DNA of 64,000 nt from Lepidodermella squamata (GCA_047495785.1 JBLDXI010000025.1:1488001-1552000); one strand, 5' to 3'. Shown: positions 22,001 through 35,344, numbered from the stretch's first letter. Translations and numbers: made by a program. The notes: a model not told the origin generated them from the sequence alone.

Positions 22001-24705
22001 TGGAACAGCAGCAGGCTGTGGCGGCGGCTGCTGAGGCGGTTGGTTTTGAGGCGGCGCTGCTTGCGGCAACGACGACAATTGCTCATAAAACCGATCATCA
22101 ATACCCGCGCCCTTGGCCGGCACAGTTTGATCCTCACCCGTCTGCAACACCGAACTGAGCCGTTTCTGAATGTCAGCAAACGAAGGCCGTTCAAACGGCT
22201 CCCAGCGCCAGCAATCACGCATAATTTGATAGACATCATGCGGGCAATCAGCCGGCTGTTCCATGCGATAGCCCCGCTCTAGCAGCGCATAAACCCCGGA
22301 TAACTCAACGCTAGGGTATGGGGACGCGCCATATGTCACGATTTCCCACAGCAAAATGCCATACGCCCAGACGTCGGATTTCGTCGAGAAACGCTGATAG
22401 GCCAAGCCCTCCGGGGCGGTCCATTTAATCGGGAATTGGCCGGTTGCATTCGCGGTGTAGGCGGCATCAGCCGGCGCGCCTTTGCCGCTCGGCCCGCCAA
22501 CAAGCCGCGCGAGGCCAAAATCGCCCACCTTAACGATCAAATGATCCGGAACGCCGCTAGCCGCAAAGCTAGCCTGGCCCGGCGGCACTTCTTCGGTGAC
22601 TAAGCAGTTACGAGCCGCTAAATCGCGGTGGATAAAATGGCGAGATTCGAGATACTCCATCGCCGAGGCAACATCAACGGCAAATCTCAACAAAGTCGGC
22701 ACGATCGGCAGTAGATTAACGCCATCAGGCCGCGTTAGTCGCGAGCGTAAAAAATCCTGTAAATTTCCGTAGGACATAAATTCGGTTACTATGTAGAAAG
22801 GCCGTTCGCGGGAGACAACTCCGAGTAATTTAACGAGATTCGGGTGGCGCAGGGCAGTCATAACCCGCGCCTCTTGCAGGAACTCCCTCTCGCCCATCGC
22901 GCAGTCGAGTCGCAACGTTTTAACAGCGACTTTTGAGTTTCGACTCAGCCAAATCGCCTCGTAGACCTCGCCGTACTGCCCACCGCCCAACCGCTTCATA
23001 ACGCGTAAATCAGTCCTATCCAACTCCCAACACTCGCCTGAAGTAATGACAGGCGGGGTGTGGGGTCTCAGGGAAAGACGAGGCGCTGGGTAGAGTAAGG
23101 GACAGGCTAGTCCATCAGGGTGTCTCGAGTGGTGCCTGACTAAATGCGGCACGGTTCTAAATCTCCATTCCGGCGATAGAAACCACAATCGTTCGTCGAT
23201 TGTTAGCCGGTAATGATGAACGCGTTGCCCGGATCGGAGTGAGACGGACAGCTGGCCAGGTGATGACTCGGACTCGCGGACTAGGAAAGTTCCGTCGATT
23301 CCGCTGGATAGCAAGCGTTCGGCGTCGGCGCGAGACACGCGTCCGTGGTACCACGGGAATGCGTCGAGGCTACGGCACTTCATGACAACGTTTTGCGGCA
23401 CGAGGAACGTGGAATTCGAGTCTGGCATAGCGTCGGGTAGGCAAACTTCGTAAGACGTACCGGTTCGGTCCGAAGAAATTAAATGCAGAGCATCACCTAA
23501 ATGTTCAGGAAAAAAAATAAAATTATACAAAATCCCTTGAAATAACGCGAATTCGCAAGATTTTTCCGGACTCTCGAGTACCTATCTCTTACTTAGAATT
23601 TTCGATTTTTTTTATATTTTCAATGCAAAATTGAGAAAATAATGACAACTTATTAGAAAATTGGATAAGCAAGTAACAACCAAAAGCCATCTTAACCTGA
23701 TTTTTCGCGGATTTTTTCCCAATTTTCAATATCAGCATGGTTAGAAAAATTTAAATCACAATTTTATCGCATTTTTTGTTTTCTAGCATTTTTCAGCTTC
23801 AATTGTCTTCATATTTCTGTTTTTTAATAATTCATCTTTCAAAATTTCGTTTGAACTTGAAATTCCTCAGATTCCCCAAAAAATTATTTTCTACAACAAT
23901 TTGCACTGATTTTTCTTTACAAAATGTCAAGCATCGCAAGTGCACATAGTCTCAAAAGGCAAAAACATAACAAATAAATAAAATTGATTTGTCACAGGGG
24001 AAATCAAGGCGGAAATATTTGCACTTGAATCGCTTTCCTCAAATAATCCAGTACATTTTTTTGCAATAGAAAACAAATCGAAAAAATCGAACCTTGTCTG
24101 AGTGAAATCAGGTTTCGAGTATCGCCAGCTTCGTAATCCTGGAGTACGACCAGCGTGTTCGCATCGACTCCGAATTCGCCACTAGCGATGTTATGAATCG
24201 TATTACCATTCGTATTTCGTGGCAAAGAATCTCTAGGATCGGCTAGAAGCGGCTTCAAAGGCGTCGCGGCGGCAAAAGACGACGGCATCGGCAATTTCTG
24301 AGCCGTAGAAAGCGTTTGAGTTGGCGGTGGGTATTGAGTATATCGCCCGAGAAACGACGGCGGGCCGCGAGTTGTCGACGACTCGCTCAACGAATCACTA
24401 GGCGCGACAATTTGCGGCTGAAACGAGCCGAAATGCGACAAATCACTCGCAGTCGCAATGCCAGAGTCGCTGGTGAGTAAATCAGCGGTCGAAACGCTGG
24501 GCGTTGCGCTTGATGTGCCTTGTAAACGCGACAGGGCATCATCTAGCGGCGATTCAGACTGCTGAGCTTGGCCTTTCGATCGTTTTTGCCGTTTCAGCGA
24601 GTGTTTACCCTTGCCATTTTGCGTCGCTTCTTCGCCATTGTTATCGCCGTTCAAATTATGTTGATTGTTGCCATCTTCATCTAACGTACTCCCATTTGCG
24701 CCCAT
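19040..24705 (-). CDS. Abl: Abl non-receptor tyrosine kinase; exons 24705-24093, 23496-21954, 21179-20284, 19515-19040 (about 1175 aa)
   Basis: N-terminal MG (myristoylation); SH3-like segment; SH2 WYHGRVSR...FLVRESESSPGQ; kinase LGGGQYGEVY, HRDLAARN, FPIKWTAPE; Pro/Ser-rich tail; C-terminal F-actin-binding-like DSLPPRSRFQVRQLV. Confidence 0.92.
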
Positions 24706-25852
24706 TAAAAATCGCCCATAAATTATAGTTTGAATAAATTAAACAAAAATTCCTAAAAAATAAATAGTCAAAAACTCAAAATTTGTCCAGAAAACGTCTC
24801 ATATTTTTCAAATAAAAAAATTCTCAGATTTTCGAAGAACAAAGACAGATTCAGAACCAATATCATTCAGTACCTGCTCTAATAATGACCACCTCAAATT
24901 ACAGTGGATAAAGCAGGCTCATCTATAACGAAAAGATCTCATTCATTGAAAATTCTAGGTCATGATCGAAAAAACGACAATAATATAGCATTTTTCCTAG
25001 AAACAACTCTTCGATTTGAAGCTATATCACTAAAATCGGGACTAAACCAAAGAAACACAACATAGTCTTACATAGAGAGATAGAGAGAGAAGCACTCGAA
25101 AAACCAGGAAAGATTTGAGTAAAAATTGCCGCGTGAAAGAAGCGCAAAGATATATTATTATCGAATCGATGTCGATTTTTGTGCTTTTTTCCTCTCAGGA
25201 AAATTCAATAATAATAATAATGGTAGTAGTAGTAGTAAAACTCACTAGCTGCAGCAGTTCTCAAAAATTACATGTTTCGCATAGCCGCGCCGGGTTTCTG
25301 GACTAGCAATCGGTCAGTTTTAAAACCCGGCGCGCGCGCCGAAATAAGCTAATAACGACGACAAAAATAGAAGACGCGATAATAACAACAACAACAAGTT
25401 TGGCCGGCATGATTATCTCCGCATTGCTATGTTCTATAACACGTAATTAGCCGCTAAGTAGAGGTTACTAGACTGTTATATAGAATATTAATACAACGAT
25501 TTAAACACAACAAAAACGATTGCTTTTTTTGGCGACACGTCGGACAAAGAGAAAAATCGAGTGAAATAATTTTCGAAATTTTCGAAGTGCTTTTTTACAA
25601 CAAAACGTGGTAAGATGACGGGCAGAAAATATCGATCACTAAACACAGGGTAATTTGGCTAGATAAAAATATAGAACGATAACTACGCATATGATTATTA
25701 TGAATCAAATATTATTATGATAATTTCTTGAGAATATTTTTCACAAAAGATCGAGAACGGATTGAACACAAAACCTATCGTTTTCTTCTTAGAGAAGGCA
25801 CCGCGAATATTTAAATATTATTATGAAAACCAAAACGAGAACGTTCAGATCT

Positions 25853-28140
25853 TTACACAGCAACAGTCTCGTCGTTGCTGTTGCCGCTTTGAGCAGTCGC
25901 ATTTCCGTTCTCGTTTTGAATAGCTGCCAATGAAGATGACCTTAAATTGAAATTAAATTGAAATTATTCCAATTTTTGCCGATTAAAACAACTTACTTTT
26001 CACTCAATTTTGATTGTTCATTAACCGGGGCTGGTGTTTCTGACGCAGCGCTGTGTTTCCCATTTCCAGGGTGCAAACATGGCGGGGTAACATCGTGAAC
26101 TTTCCCAGCAGTTACTATAACCGAATCTTCAGGCACTACAGCGCTCTGATCAGGTCCGTTGCTTCTAAATGAGCTCAGCAACGGCGCTTGAGACACCTCG
26201 AATTCGTCATCAGCGTCTGGATTGTCGAGATCTGCTTCACAGGCCACGCTTGACATAGGCGTTCGACCTGTTCCGTGATGCGGACCGGGTGGTTGATTGA
26301 AAACTAGCTGAGACGGCCGAGGTGGGGCGAATAATCGGGAAGTAGCTGTAGTAGCCGGAACTGCGACAGGGTTTACAACATACTGCTCCGGGGGAGCAAC
26401 AGCCTGATTTTCGGTTAAATCACTTCTAGCATCTCGAGGGAAGGAGTTCCGACGAACTATACTAGGCACACGAGTAGGTACCGCGCCATTATTGCTTCCG
26501 TCCATTCCTAATAAAGGAACGCCGGCTCTACCACGTTTCTGCTCGCCTCGAACTAACGGTCGAAGGCGACAGTGAAATCTTCCGATCATCATAATTAAAC
26601 ACAAGAAGAAAATCCCAGAAACACAGCTAAGAACTATTAAAGCAGTTGTCATTGATTGAACGACCAAATCTCGATTCGGAGCTGAATTTGCGCTTTCCCT
26701 GTGAGACAAAATCGATTACAAAAATTTCATAAGTGAGATTACTAAACTGACCCAAGCGGTACAAAAGCAACTAATTCAGTGAGAAGACTTGTTACATTCG
26801 TGTCCACTGAAATATTTTTGCACAGAGGAACTGGTCGCCGAGGTCTGGGCAGCGGTTCACTGCATATCGATGTAGAAGGGTCCATATCAGAAAACCAGAC
26901 TCGACACAAATGATGCCCGTTGCTAAAACAAATTCATCATAAAACGGCCTGTTCAATATTCATTTGCAACTTACTGATACAAAGATTCGTTGAGCAGAAT
27001 GAACTGGTGATCTAAACCGTGGCGTTTGCCCACGTAACTTGCAGCTCTTGGATCAAAGAAGTAAGATTCCCACACTATGCGAACTAACTGTGGAGCAACT
27101 GAGTCGAATGAGCATCTCAATCTGTATATTGTTGACAATGGCATCATTGAAGGAGGCGGTATTGGCAATGCCCCGAGCAATTCGATAGGGGCCAGCTTTT
27201 CCATGCCCACGTGAATATTACTTGGCATCTGCATCAAGGATTCAAGAACGAACGGTAATAAGCGTTGTGTGAATTTCTTCCCCAACATATCAACAATTTG
27301 ACAGTGGAAGGTCACAGATGCTACTGGAATGCGAGATGTTGGTAAAACAGCTGTTAGTGTGGCACTCATTAGCCCAGGCTCAGGTTTGTCGTTAGCATAA
27401 ACTACATTGGACCACTCGTGTAAGCGATGACTATTGCCAGCAGGACTGACAATTAGCAGCTCCCAGACATAGATTGATGAAAAAATCGATGACATTACAC
27501 CAGAACATCTGACTGTGACTTCTTTGGTTGCCTCGTCAATCGATGCAACTAACTCGTTCAAAGTTGGCAGAGTATTTACAAATACCATTAGAGGACGGCG
27601 AGGACCACTTGCCGCAGAGCACATAAACATCGATGCATCAGAAGAACCAATGGAAAATCGCGCACTAAATACTGTAGTTCCATATGCGCTATCGGCGCTG
27701 TCTAATGAATTGTTGAGCAGGGATGATGAGACTACTCGACAGTTGGCTATCAACGGCTGACTGCAAACAAACTGTTGTTTCTTGCGATCAAATGACATAA
27801 CGGTAGACAATGATGACTCGTGGTTCTCATCCGCAAAATAAGTCATAATTTTATCCACAAATTTTTTCGATTGTCCTTGAGATGAAAGATACAAGCCTCG
27901 AAAATGAGCTTTCATCGACGATAACGTGGTAAAATTGAGTTTGGCCGCAAACATGGTCGGGAGAGAAACGCGAAGAACTTGAATGCAAGCTCCAGACAAT
28001 TGCACATGCTGCTTTTGAGGATAATATAGTTCGATGAAATCCGGATCTGCAACAAGTTCTCCTGATCCAAGCGCCATCTGCTCAGCACTCGATGCCCATA
28101 TTGGAAGAAATAATGTCATATACAACAGTTTCTCCCTCAT
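25853..28140 (-). CDS. Orphan type I membrane protein with possible Ig-like folds; exons 28140-26975, 26922-26752, 26698-25997, 25940-25853 (about 708 aa)
   Basis: Signal peptide MREKLLYMTLFLPIWASS; beta-rich Cys/Trp patterns (VRCSG..YVW..FHCQI; LRCSF..IVW..NGHHLCRV); TM LIVLSCVSGIFFLCLIMMIG; C-terminus ETVAV. Three phase-consistent introns of about 50 bp. Confidence 0.72.
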
Positions 28141-28913
28141 TCTAGAGAAAATAGAAGACACGTTATTCATCACTTGTTTGGGTGCCAGGAAAATTCCACG
28201 ACAACAATCAAGCCAGGCATTCTTTATTAATAGCCGCTGTAAGCCTCGGTATATCGTCAAATATCATAAACAAGACTAGAGATAAGAACGCCAAGAAATT
28301 CTCACCAATAGAAGCGACGTCGGACGCAGACTACGTGCAATTGGCACTACGAGTTTCCTGGCAAGTCCGATCAACAGACCAAAATGTCAAGCTTCTTGGA
28401 TTTTGTATGTTTTTTAGTTATCACGGATAATTTATAATTTTTCATACAGTAAATTTTCAATTTAATTAAAAGATTAAAAATATCGAGTGGAAGTAATCTT
28501 TTTGAAAATTGAAATGTAGTCACCTTGAGAAAGGGTAGGAGAAGTGGCGCTAACGGGTCTTAGGCTGAGGATCAAATCTCGAGTTTTGCAGGTTTTTGTA
28601 GACTTTTCGCTCTTTGTTTTCCGTGGAAAGTGTTTCGACATCTCTCTGCGATTCTGCGATTTTCAATTATTTGGTCTCTTTCTATCGCGTTCTCTTTGTC
28701 GTTTTATTGTGCTCAATAAGGCAGACGATAAGTGATGAGTGATAAGTGATCAAACCAATCTGTTGATCATAAGTCGACGTAATCTGATTTTAGTTTCAAA
28801 CGGGAAAGTTGATTAGAATTTAGAATGTCAAGTATATTGCTCTATTGGCATCTCCTGCCTCGTGTTAGCTCAACTTTTTAACCTGTTACCATAAATAATG
28901 CATGTTTACTTAG

Positions 28914-30348
28914 ATGCTTCCATTCCGAGTTCTTACAAAATTTTCACGCGGATTGTCAACGGGAGCGTCCCTTCTGCGGAAGACTCCATCAATCTCCGCT
29001 CTTTCTAAGCGGTCATTATCGGGGAAAGCCGAGATTGAGGATGAGCTGGACAAAGATAGGCCTCTTTTCACTGGTTGTCGTGCTGATTACACCGACAAAT
29101 TGTCTTTCATCAACCCTGATGAGGTTCCTGGTATCCCAGTTTACAGAATTTTGAGCCGCTCTGGCCAGCCTGTAGCTGGTGGCCGTGACGATCCCAACTT
29201 GGATAAAGACACTCTTTTAAAAATGTACAAAAATATGACACAGGTAAATCATAACAAAATCATTATTACATATATATAAGTTTTTCTCCTAGCTGAACGT
29301 CATGGACCGCCTCTTGTATCAATCTCAACGTCAAGGAAGAATTTCGTTCTATATGACTCATTTCGGCGAAGAAGGAATTTTGTTTGGGTCTGCTGCAGCC
29401 CTGCACAACAACGATCCAGTCTGGGCGCAATATCGTGAGGCTGGCATTCTAATGTGGCGTGGATTTACCCTCGATCAGTTCCTTAACCAGTGCTATGGTA
29501 GTTTGGCTGATCAAGGCAAAGGTCGCCAAATGCCAGTGCATTACGGCAGTGAAAAGCTGAGCTTTTTCACTATATCATCTCCGCTGGCAACTCAGATTTG
29601 TCAGGCTAGTGGCAGTGCTTACAAGCTCAAGCTCGACAATCATAATCTCAAAGAAGAAGATAAAAGGATTGCTGTTTGTTTCTTCGGCGACGGTGCTGCT
29701 AGCGAGGGTGATTTCCATGCTGGAATGAACTTCGCTGCAACCTTGTCATGCCCTGTGCTATTCATCTGTCGCAACAACGGTTATGCGATTTCAACCCCAG
29801 TTCAAGACCAATATCGCGGAGATGGCATCGCATCTCGCGGGCCTGGTTACGGCATGCTAACGGCTCGAGTTGACGGAAATGATCCGCTCGCAGTATACGT
29901 CGCTGTCAAGGCTGCTAGGAAGGCTATCCTCGAGCATGGCAGACCTGTCTTGCTCGAAACGATGAGTTATCGAGTCGGTCACCACTCTACCTCAGATGAC
30001 TCAACAACCTATCGCTCGACTGATGAAGTCAATCGCTGGGAGAAGAGTGACAGCCCGATCGGCCGCCTTCGTGCCTACCTCATTGCTAAGAACTGGTGGA
30101 CCCCGGAGGACGACCTTGTGTGGGCTAAAGACGCGCGTAAAAACGTTTTAGAGGCAATGACTCGCGCGGAACGTGTTCAAAAACACAGCCCATTCGAAAT
30201 GTTCACCGACGTTTATTACGACGGCGCTGACGGTTCTGAAACGCCGAAGATCATCATCGATCAACGCGAGGAGTTGCGCGAGCATCTGCATAGATATGGG
30301 CAACACTACCCGTTGCAGCAGTACGCTCCGATCCCGCCAAAAGATTGA
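28914..30348 (+). CDS. BCKDHA: Branched-chain 2-oxoacid dehydrogenase E1 alpha; exons 28914-29243, 29293-30348 (461 aa)
   Basis: Mitochondrial presequence; [12 protein letters not shown]; TPP-binding [11 protein letters not shown]...NNGYAIS; phosphorylation loop [12 protein letters not shown]. Confidence 0.96.
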
Positions 30349-30578
30349 AATCTTCCTTAAAAATTAACTACTAATAAACTAACCCGGCATTACTGTAACT
30401 GCCATTGTGAGCTCTCTGAGAGATACGCCATAATATTAAGATATTTTTATTTGAAAATCTGTGTTATAGTAGATGACACCCTGTGCTTGTTGCTGGTTGT
30501 TCTCGGTGAAAGTGTAGGAATCTTAATGAAAAGATCTGAAATTTGAATTCTTTTTTAGGGTTTTACGTTTTGGAGAGA

Positions 30579-33500
30579 ATGCAGAGTCTCGCGTCTTCCC
30601 ATCGCGTGCCCGTGTTCGCGCTAACTTTGGCGTTCATTTTCTACTACAATCCAATAAGCGCGCTGTGGTTGTTAGCCGCCGCTTTCGCAATCTACGTTGC
30701 AACTGGCGGCCATCGATTCCTGCGCGTTGTCTACTTAACTTTCCACCGCGATCTTCGCGGCCTCGCGTTCATCATTAAAGTATTCCGCGCGATGCGAAAA
30801 TACACGAGACAATGCGCTACCATTCCCTCGCTGTTCGATCAAACCGTCGAAAAGTTCCACGATAAAGTCGCTTTCGTCTGCGAAGATCAACAATGGACCT
30901 TCTGCGACGTTTCACGATATTCCAATGCAATCGCTTATTTCCTCTCATCACCTCGCCGAAGCTATGTTTTCAAAAAGAACGACGTGATAGCGTTATTTAT
31001 GGATACAAGGCCTGAATACGTCGCCTCTTGGCTTGGCGTTGGCAAAATCGGTGGAATTACTGCTCTAATCAACTTCAATCAACGCAACGAAGCCCTGTTA
31101 CATTCAATCAAAGTCGCGGATTCTAAGGCTGTTATCGTCGGCGAAGAATTGCTGCCAGCTCTTGCTGAAGTCGCCGATCGTCTGGATAAAAATCTGCCGA
31201 TTTACGTTGTTCCGAAATGCGAAGGACCGCCGTCGAAACCGATTGCCCGCGTCGCCGATGACAGCTTCATGAAGGCTGGCCAAGTTTTTGCTCATTGTGA
31301 GGGCATGAATGTCGCCGTTTTGGAGAAGTATTTCGATGAAGGGGTCTATAAATCGCCTCCCGCTGCTTTCACGGACATTATCTGCTACATTTACACATCT
31401 GGAACTACTGGTGAGTGCAATATCGAGCTTTAATGAAATCAAATAATTAGACTGAAAATATAGGTGAAATATTAGATAGCATAGAGGCTTATTATTTACA
31501 CTTGAGCAGTTACAGATTTTAATTTTCTATTCAAACAAACACGACTATGAATTACCGATATCAAGTATACGTGAAATCGAGAACTTTGTCGATCTGATCT
31601 CTTAAGCTCTGATTTCACGCTCTTGAAATTTTTATATTTGAGCTCAGTCCTCCTATTTTTTTCTTGACTGAAAAGTGTCTTCCACTGAAAATTTTTTCCG
31701 AAAAATTGTACGCGAATTTGAAAAAATTGTGACTTTCCGATTTTTTCGATTCGTTTAGCGGTTGTATTGGTCAGTGCTCCGGCTAGGCCCAGCTCCTTGA
31801 TACATGAAAAGCTTCAATTTTGCGGTAGGTGGGAAATTCTTTTGCTATTCGCAGCTAAAATTGGTTCTTCCAGTTGGTAGAATCTTCGTTTTCCAGCCTA
31901 TAGCTCAATAGGAATCTGATTTGATCTCTCAAGGTGTGTACTAGATAGAGAGTATCATCGCTCTAATCTCAAAGATCAATCGTACAGGCTTTAACTAATG
32001 GAAATCTTGAAATTCCGTATTTTAGAAAATTGAGCCTGAATACCTAATTTAGGATTTAAAACATATCAGAAGCCTGAAATTTAGGTCTCCGGAACCTATT
32101 TTGGCTGGGAAACAGTTACTTAACTAGCCCTTGAATCCTTTTCACAATTTTTGGGGAATACAGGGTAATTTTTGGAGAATCCAAATCAAGGTCGGTGCAA
32201 TCCTGTGTAATTCCTTGTTTAAGTCCTATTCGTAATCTTAGGACATGACATTTTCACGATTTAAAAAAATGGGAAAACTCACGCTTATCGTGTTTTCTGC
32301 AAAGTTTTGAAACATTCTTGTTTTAATTTTTTCATATTTTTCTTAGGATTGCCAAAAGCTGCGAAAATTCCTCACTGCCGCTTCTGGTACATGACCTCAG
32401 CCCCTCATTTGACAACAAAAATGACCGATAAAGAGATTTTCTACATCTGCCTGCCCGTGTACCACGCGAACGGCGGCGTGCTCGGTGTTGGCCAGACGCT
32501 GCTCTACGGCAACACTTGCGTGCTTCGCAAACGCTTCTCCGCCTCTCAGTTCTGGGAAGACTGTGCCAAGTACAAATGCACGGCGTTTTTCTACATTGGC
32601 GAGATTTGCCGGTACCTACTCGCTCAGCCTCACAAGCCGTCTGATACTCAACACTGCGTGAAATGGGCCATTGGCAATGGTCTACGCGAAAATATCTGGG
32701 TCGAATTTCAGAAACGCTTCAACCTGCATCAAATCGTTGAGTTTTACGGATCGACCGAGGGTAATGCTAATGCGATAAATTATTGGAACAAAGTTGGCGC
32801 TGTTGGTTTCACGACGCGAATCATCCCTCGCGCCTACCCGATTTTCTTGATCAAAGTCGACGAAGCGACAAATCAACCGATTCGCGATCCAGCGACTGGT
32901 CTGTGTATCGAATGCGAACCAGGTGAGCCGGGCGAATTGATTGGCAAAATCAATACGACCAATCACTTGCGGCGATTTGACGGCTATGCGACGAAGGCTG
33001 ATTCTGAGAAGAAAATTGTGCGTGATGTGTTTTTCAAGGGTGATCAATATTTCCGCTCGGGTGATATTCTGGTCATGGACGAGTTGGGCTACTTGTATTT
33101 CAAGGATCGAACTGGCGATACGTTCAGGTGGCGCGGTGAGAATGTGTCTACTCAGGAGGTTGAGGCGGTTGTGTCGCGAGTTGCCGGCCTGAAAGATGCG
33201 GCGGTTTATGGTGTTGAGGTATGCATTTTTGCGATAATTCGATATTTTCGGCGAAAATAGATGTTAAGGTGTAGAATCTATATTATTTGGTTCAATGGGG
33301 AGATTTCGACCCAGAAAATTGCCGGGAAAGTAAGGATTAGGTATTAGGGCAGACCGTCATAACAGCAAATACCCAAAACAGCAAACGCGACAAAACAGCA
33401 AATGTTTCAACTTTCGACATAACAGCAGAAGCAAGATACATCTTTTACATAGTAAGTTCTTGCTGTTTTGTCGCGGAATGAAAAATTTGCTGTTTCGTCG

Positions 33501-35344
33501 CATTTGCTGTTCTGCGAAGTTGCTATTTTGTCGCCGTACCGGTATTAGTTGAGGTAGACTAGAGGAACTACGAGAAAAAAGTCGAATTTAGAGGTTTCAC
33601 TTTTCTCGCTTCCAATTTATTCAATACGAATATTTTGTTGAAATTGGTTCAAATGACCTACAAATTTAGATTTAGAATTAGAATTTTCGAATTAAAAGTC
33701 ATTCCCCTCAACTTAAAGGTTAAGTTGAGGACGAAGGTACCTCTCCATTCCGGTTACGGATATCAAGGTAGATTTAGATTTAGAATTTTCGCACATTCAC
33801 CTGACAAAAATCATCAGTAGGAAAAAATAACCGAGTTATCCTCAGATCAAATCATCAGAAAAAGCAGCCAAGTTATATTACAACACTCACAACACACAAC
33901 ACAGCTATATTACCAATTTGTACGACACTAAATTTCAACGAACAACACAGCTACTGCACTACCAACACGGAAAAATTAATGCCATCGATAGCGTACCAGA
34001 AGTGTTACGGTAATTCAGCCTCGACATTCGCGTTAGAAGTGACCCATTTTGCCACATCTGAAGCACTTGCCGGCGCTCGCGTTCTTGGGGCAATTGTTGG
34101 AAATGTGCCCGGGCTCGCCGCACCCTCCGCATGTCTTCTTCGGACAATGGCAGCTGAAATGCCCCTTCTCCTGACAGAAATCGCATAAGGTGATCTTGGC
34201 GGCGACGCTGCAGAACATCGGGCGGTGCCACCTTGCCCCGCAGTAGCGGCACATACTTGCTCGATCCTGGACGACTTGACGGTTCGACCCTTGTTTCGGT
34301 CCGAGTCGCTTAATTGCTGCTTTCCTTTTGTCACTTTCTATCCTCGGGCGCTCGACCTTAATTGGATAGATCACAGACGCAACCTCCGGCTTCGCGGCTC
34401 TCTTTCCCTCCACCTTGCTCTGGATTAACTTGGCTTTCGCCGCGAGTTTTGCTGAGAGATTTTTAAAAACCTCACGAAGGTCAAACGCCGATACTTCGCC
34501 TATGTTGTCGGCGATAACGTTCGTTAGTTACTCGGTGAGCCGGCCAACATCCGCGTTCATTGCTGGGGCAGCAGTTAATTCTGATGAGTAGCAATTGCCA
34601 ATTACCTGACATTTGCTGAGGCACGCGATTGGGTAGATTTTCCAGCGCTTAATTTCGTGAAAAGTGAAAAATGCCGGAAAAAAACGATGCTCGGCCAGCT
34701 CAGATCGAACCCGGGAAATTTAGGATTTGCATTCTTTCCAAGAATTAACCTGCTAAGATGCTAGAAAATCTGATCTTCAAAAATTTTTAGTCCATCGAAT
34801 TTGTGGATTCCGTGGTTCCATTATGAATTCGAAACCTGTAGCAATCGACAATCAATTACTCATATGGAGAGGAATCGTTCGATACCGAATTTTGTCTGAA
34901 ATTCTTAAAATTCAAATTTATTCAAAATATTTTTTAAACAGTTGGAGATATCAACTTGCATTAGTCCATGGATGGAATTGTTTCGTAAATTCAAATCGGT
35001 TGTTTTTATTTGGCTATTAGGTCCCCGGCGTCGAAGGCCGTGCTGGCATGGCTGCAATCGCCGATCCTAACCACGAATTGGACATCACGAACGGCCTAGC
35101 CACATCCCTACTCAAATCGCTCCCAGCCTACGGCGTTCCGATGTTCATCCGCGTTATGCCCGAAGTCCCGGCTACCGGCACTCACAAGTACGTGAAAGGC
35201 CCCCTGCAAAAGGCGGCTTTCAACCCGGACGCGATTGGCAGCGACAAGCTCTACTACCTCGACATGAGCGCCAATCCTCGCCGATACGCTCCACTAACTC
35301 GCGACGTCTATCAGAAGATCGTTTCAGGCGAAATTCGACTATAG
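30579..35344 (+). CDS. FATP: Long-chain fatty acid transport protein / very-long-chain acyl-CoA synthetase (SLC27A1/4-like); exons 30579-31410, 32347-33218, 35021-35344 (675 aa)
   Basis: AMP-binding YIYTSGTTG|LPKAA across a splice junction; YIGEICRY, GNGLR, EFYGSTEGN, DRTGDTFRWRGENVST, EGRAGMAAI. Confidence 0.94.
33348..33540. mobile_element. 193-bp MITE with GG...CC ends and an 8-bp TSD (Merlin-like, family uncertain)
   Basis: GGTATTAG at 33340-33347 and 33541-33548; AACAGCAAA sub-repeats on the left mirrored by TTTGCTGTT on the right. Confidence 0.7.
34015..34413 (-). pseudogene. Degenerate multi-zinc-knuckle (CCHC) gag-like fragment in FATP intron 2
   Basis: Knuckles CRYCGARWHRPMFC, CDFCQEKGHFSCHC, CGGCGEPGHISNNC and CFRCGKMGHF*REC; an in-frame stop interrupts the fourth knuckle. 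Confidence 0.65.

Noticed and set aside
28141-28260. N-terminal extension of the orphan membrane protein ORF
   Set aside because: It starts at a non-ATG codon and precedes an acceptor-like site and the signal peptide.
34680-34765. Possible tRNA gene
   Set aside because: It has a B-box and T-arm, but I could not build an acceptor stem or D-arm; treated as a tRNA-derived relic.
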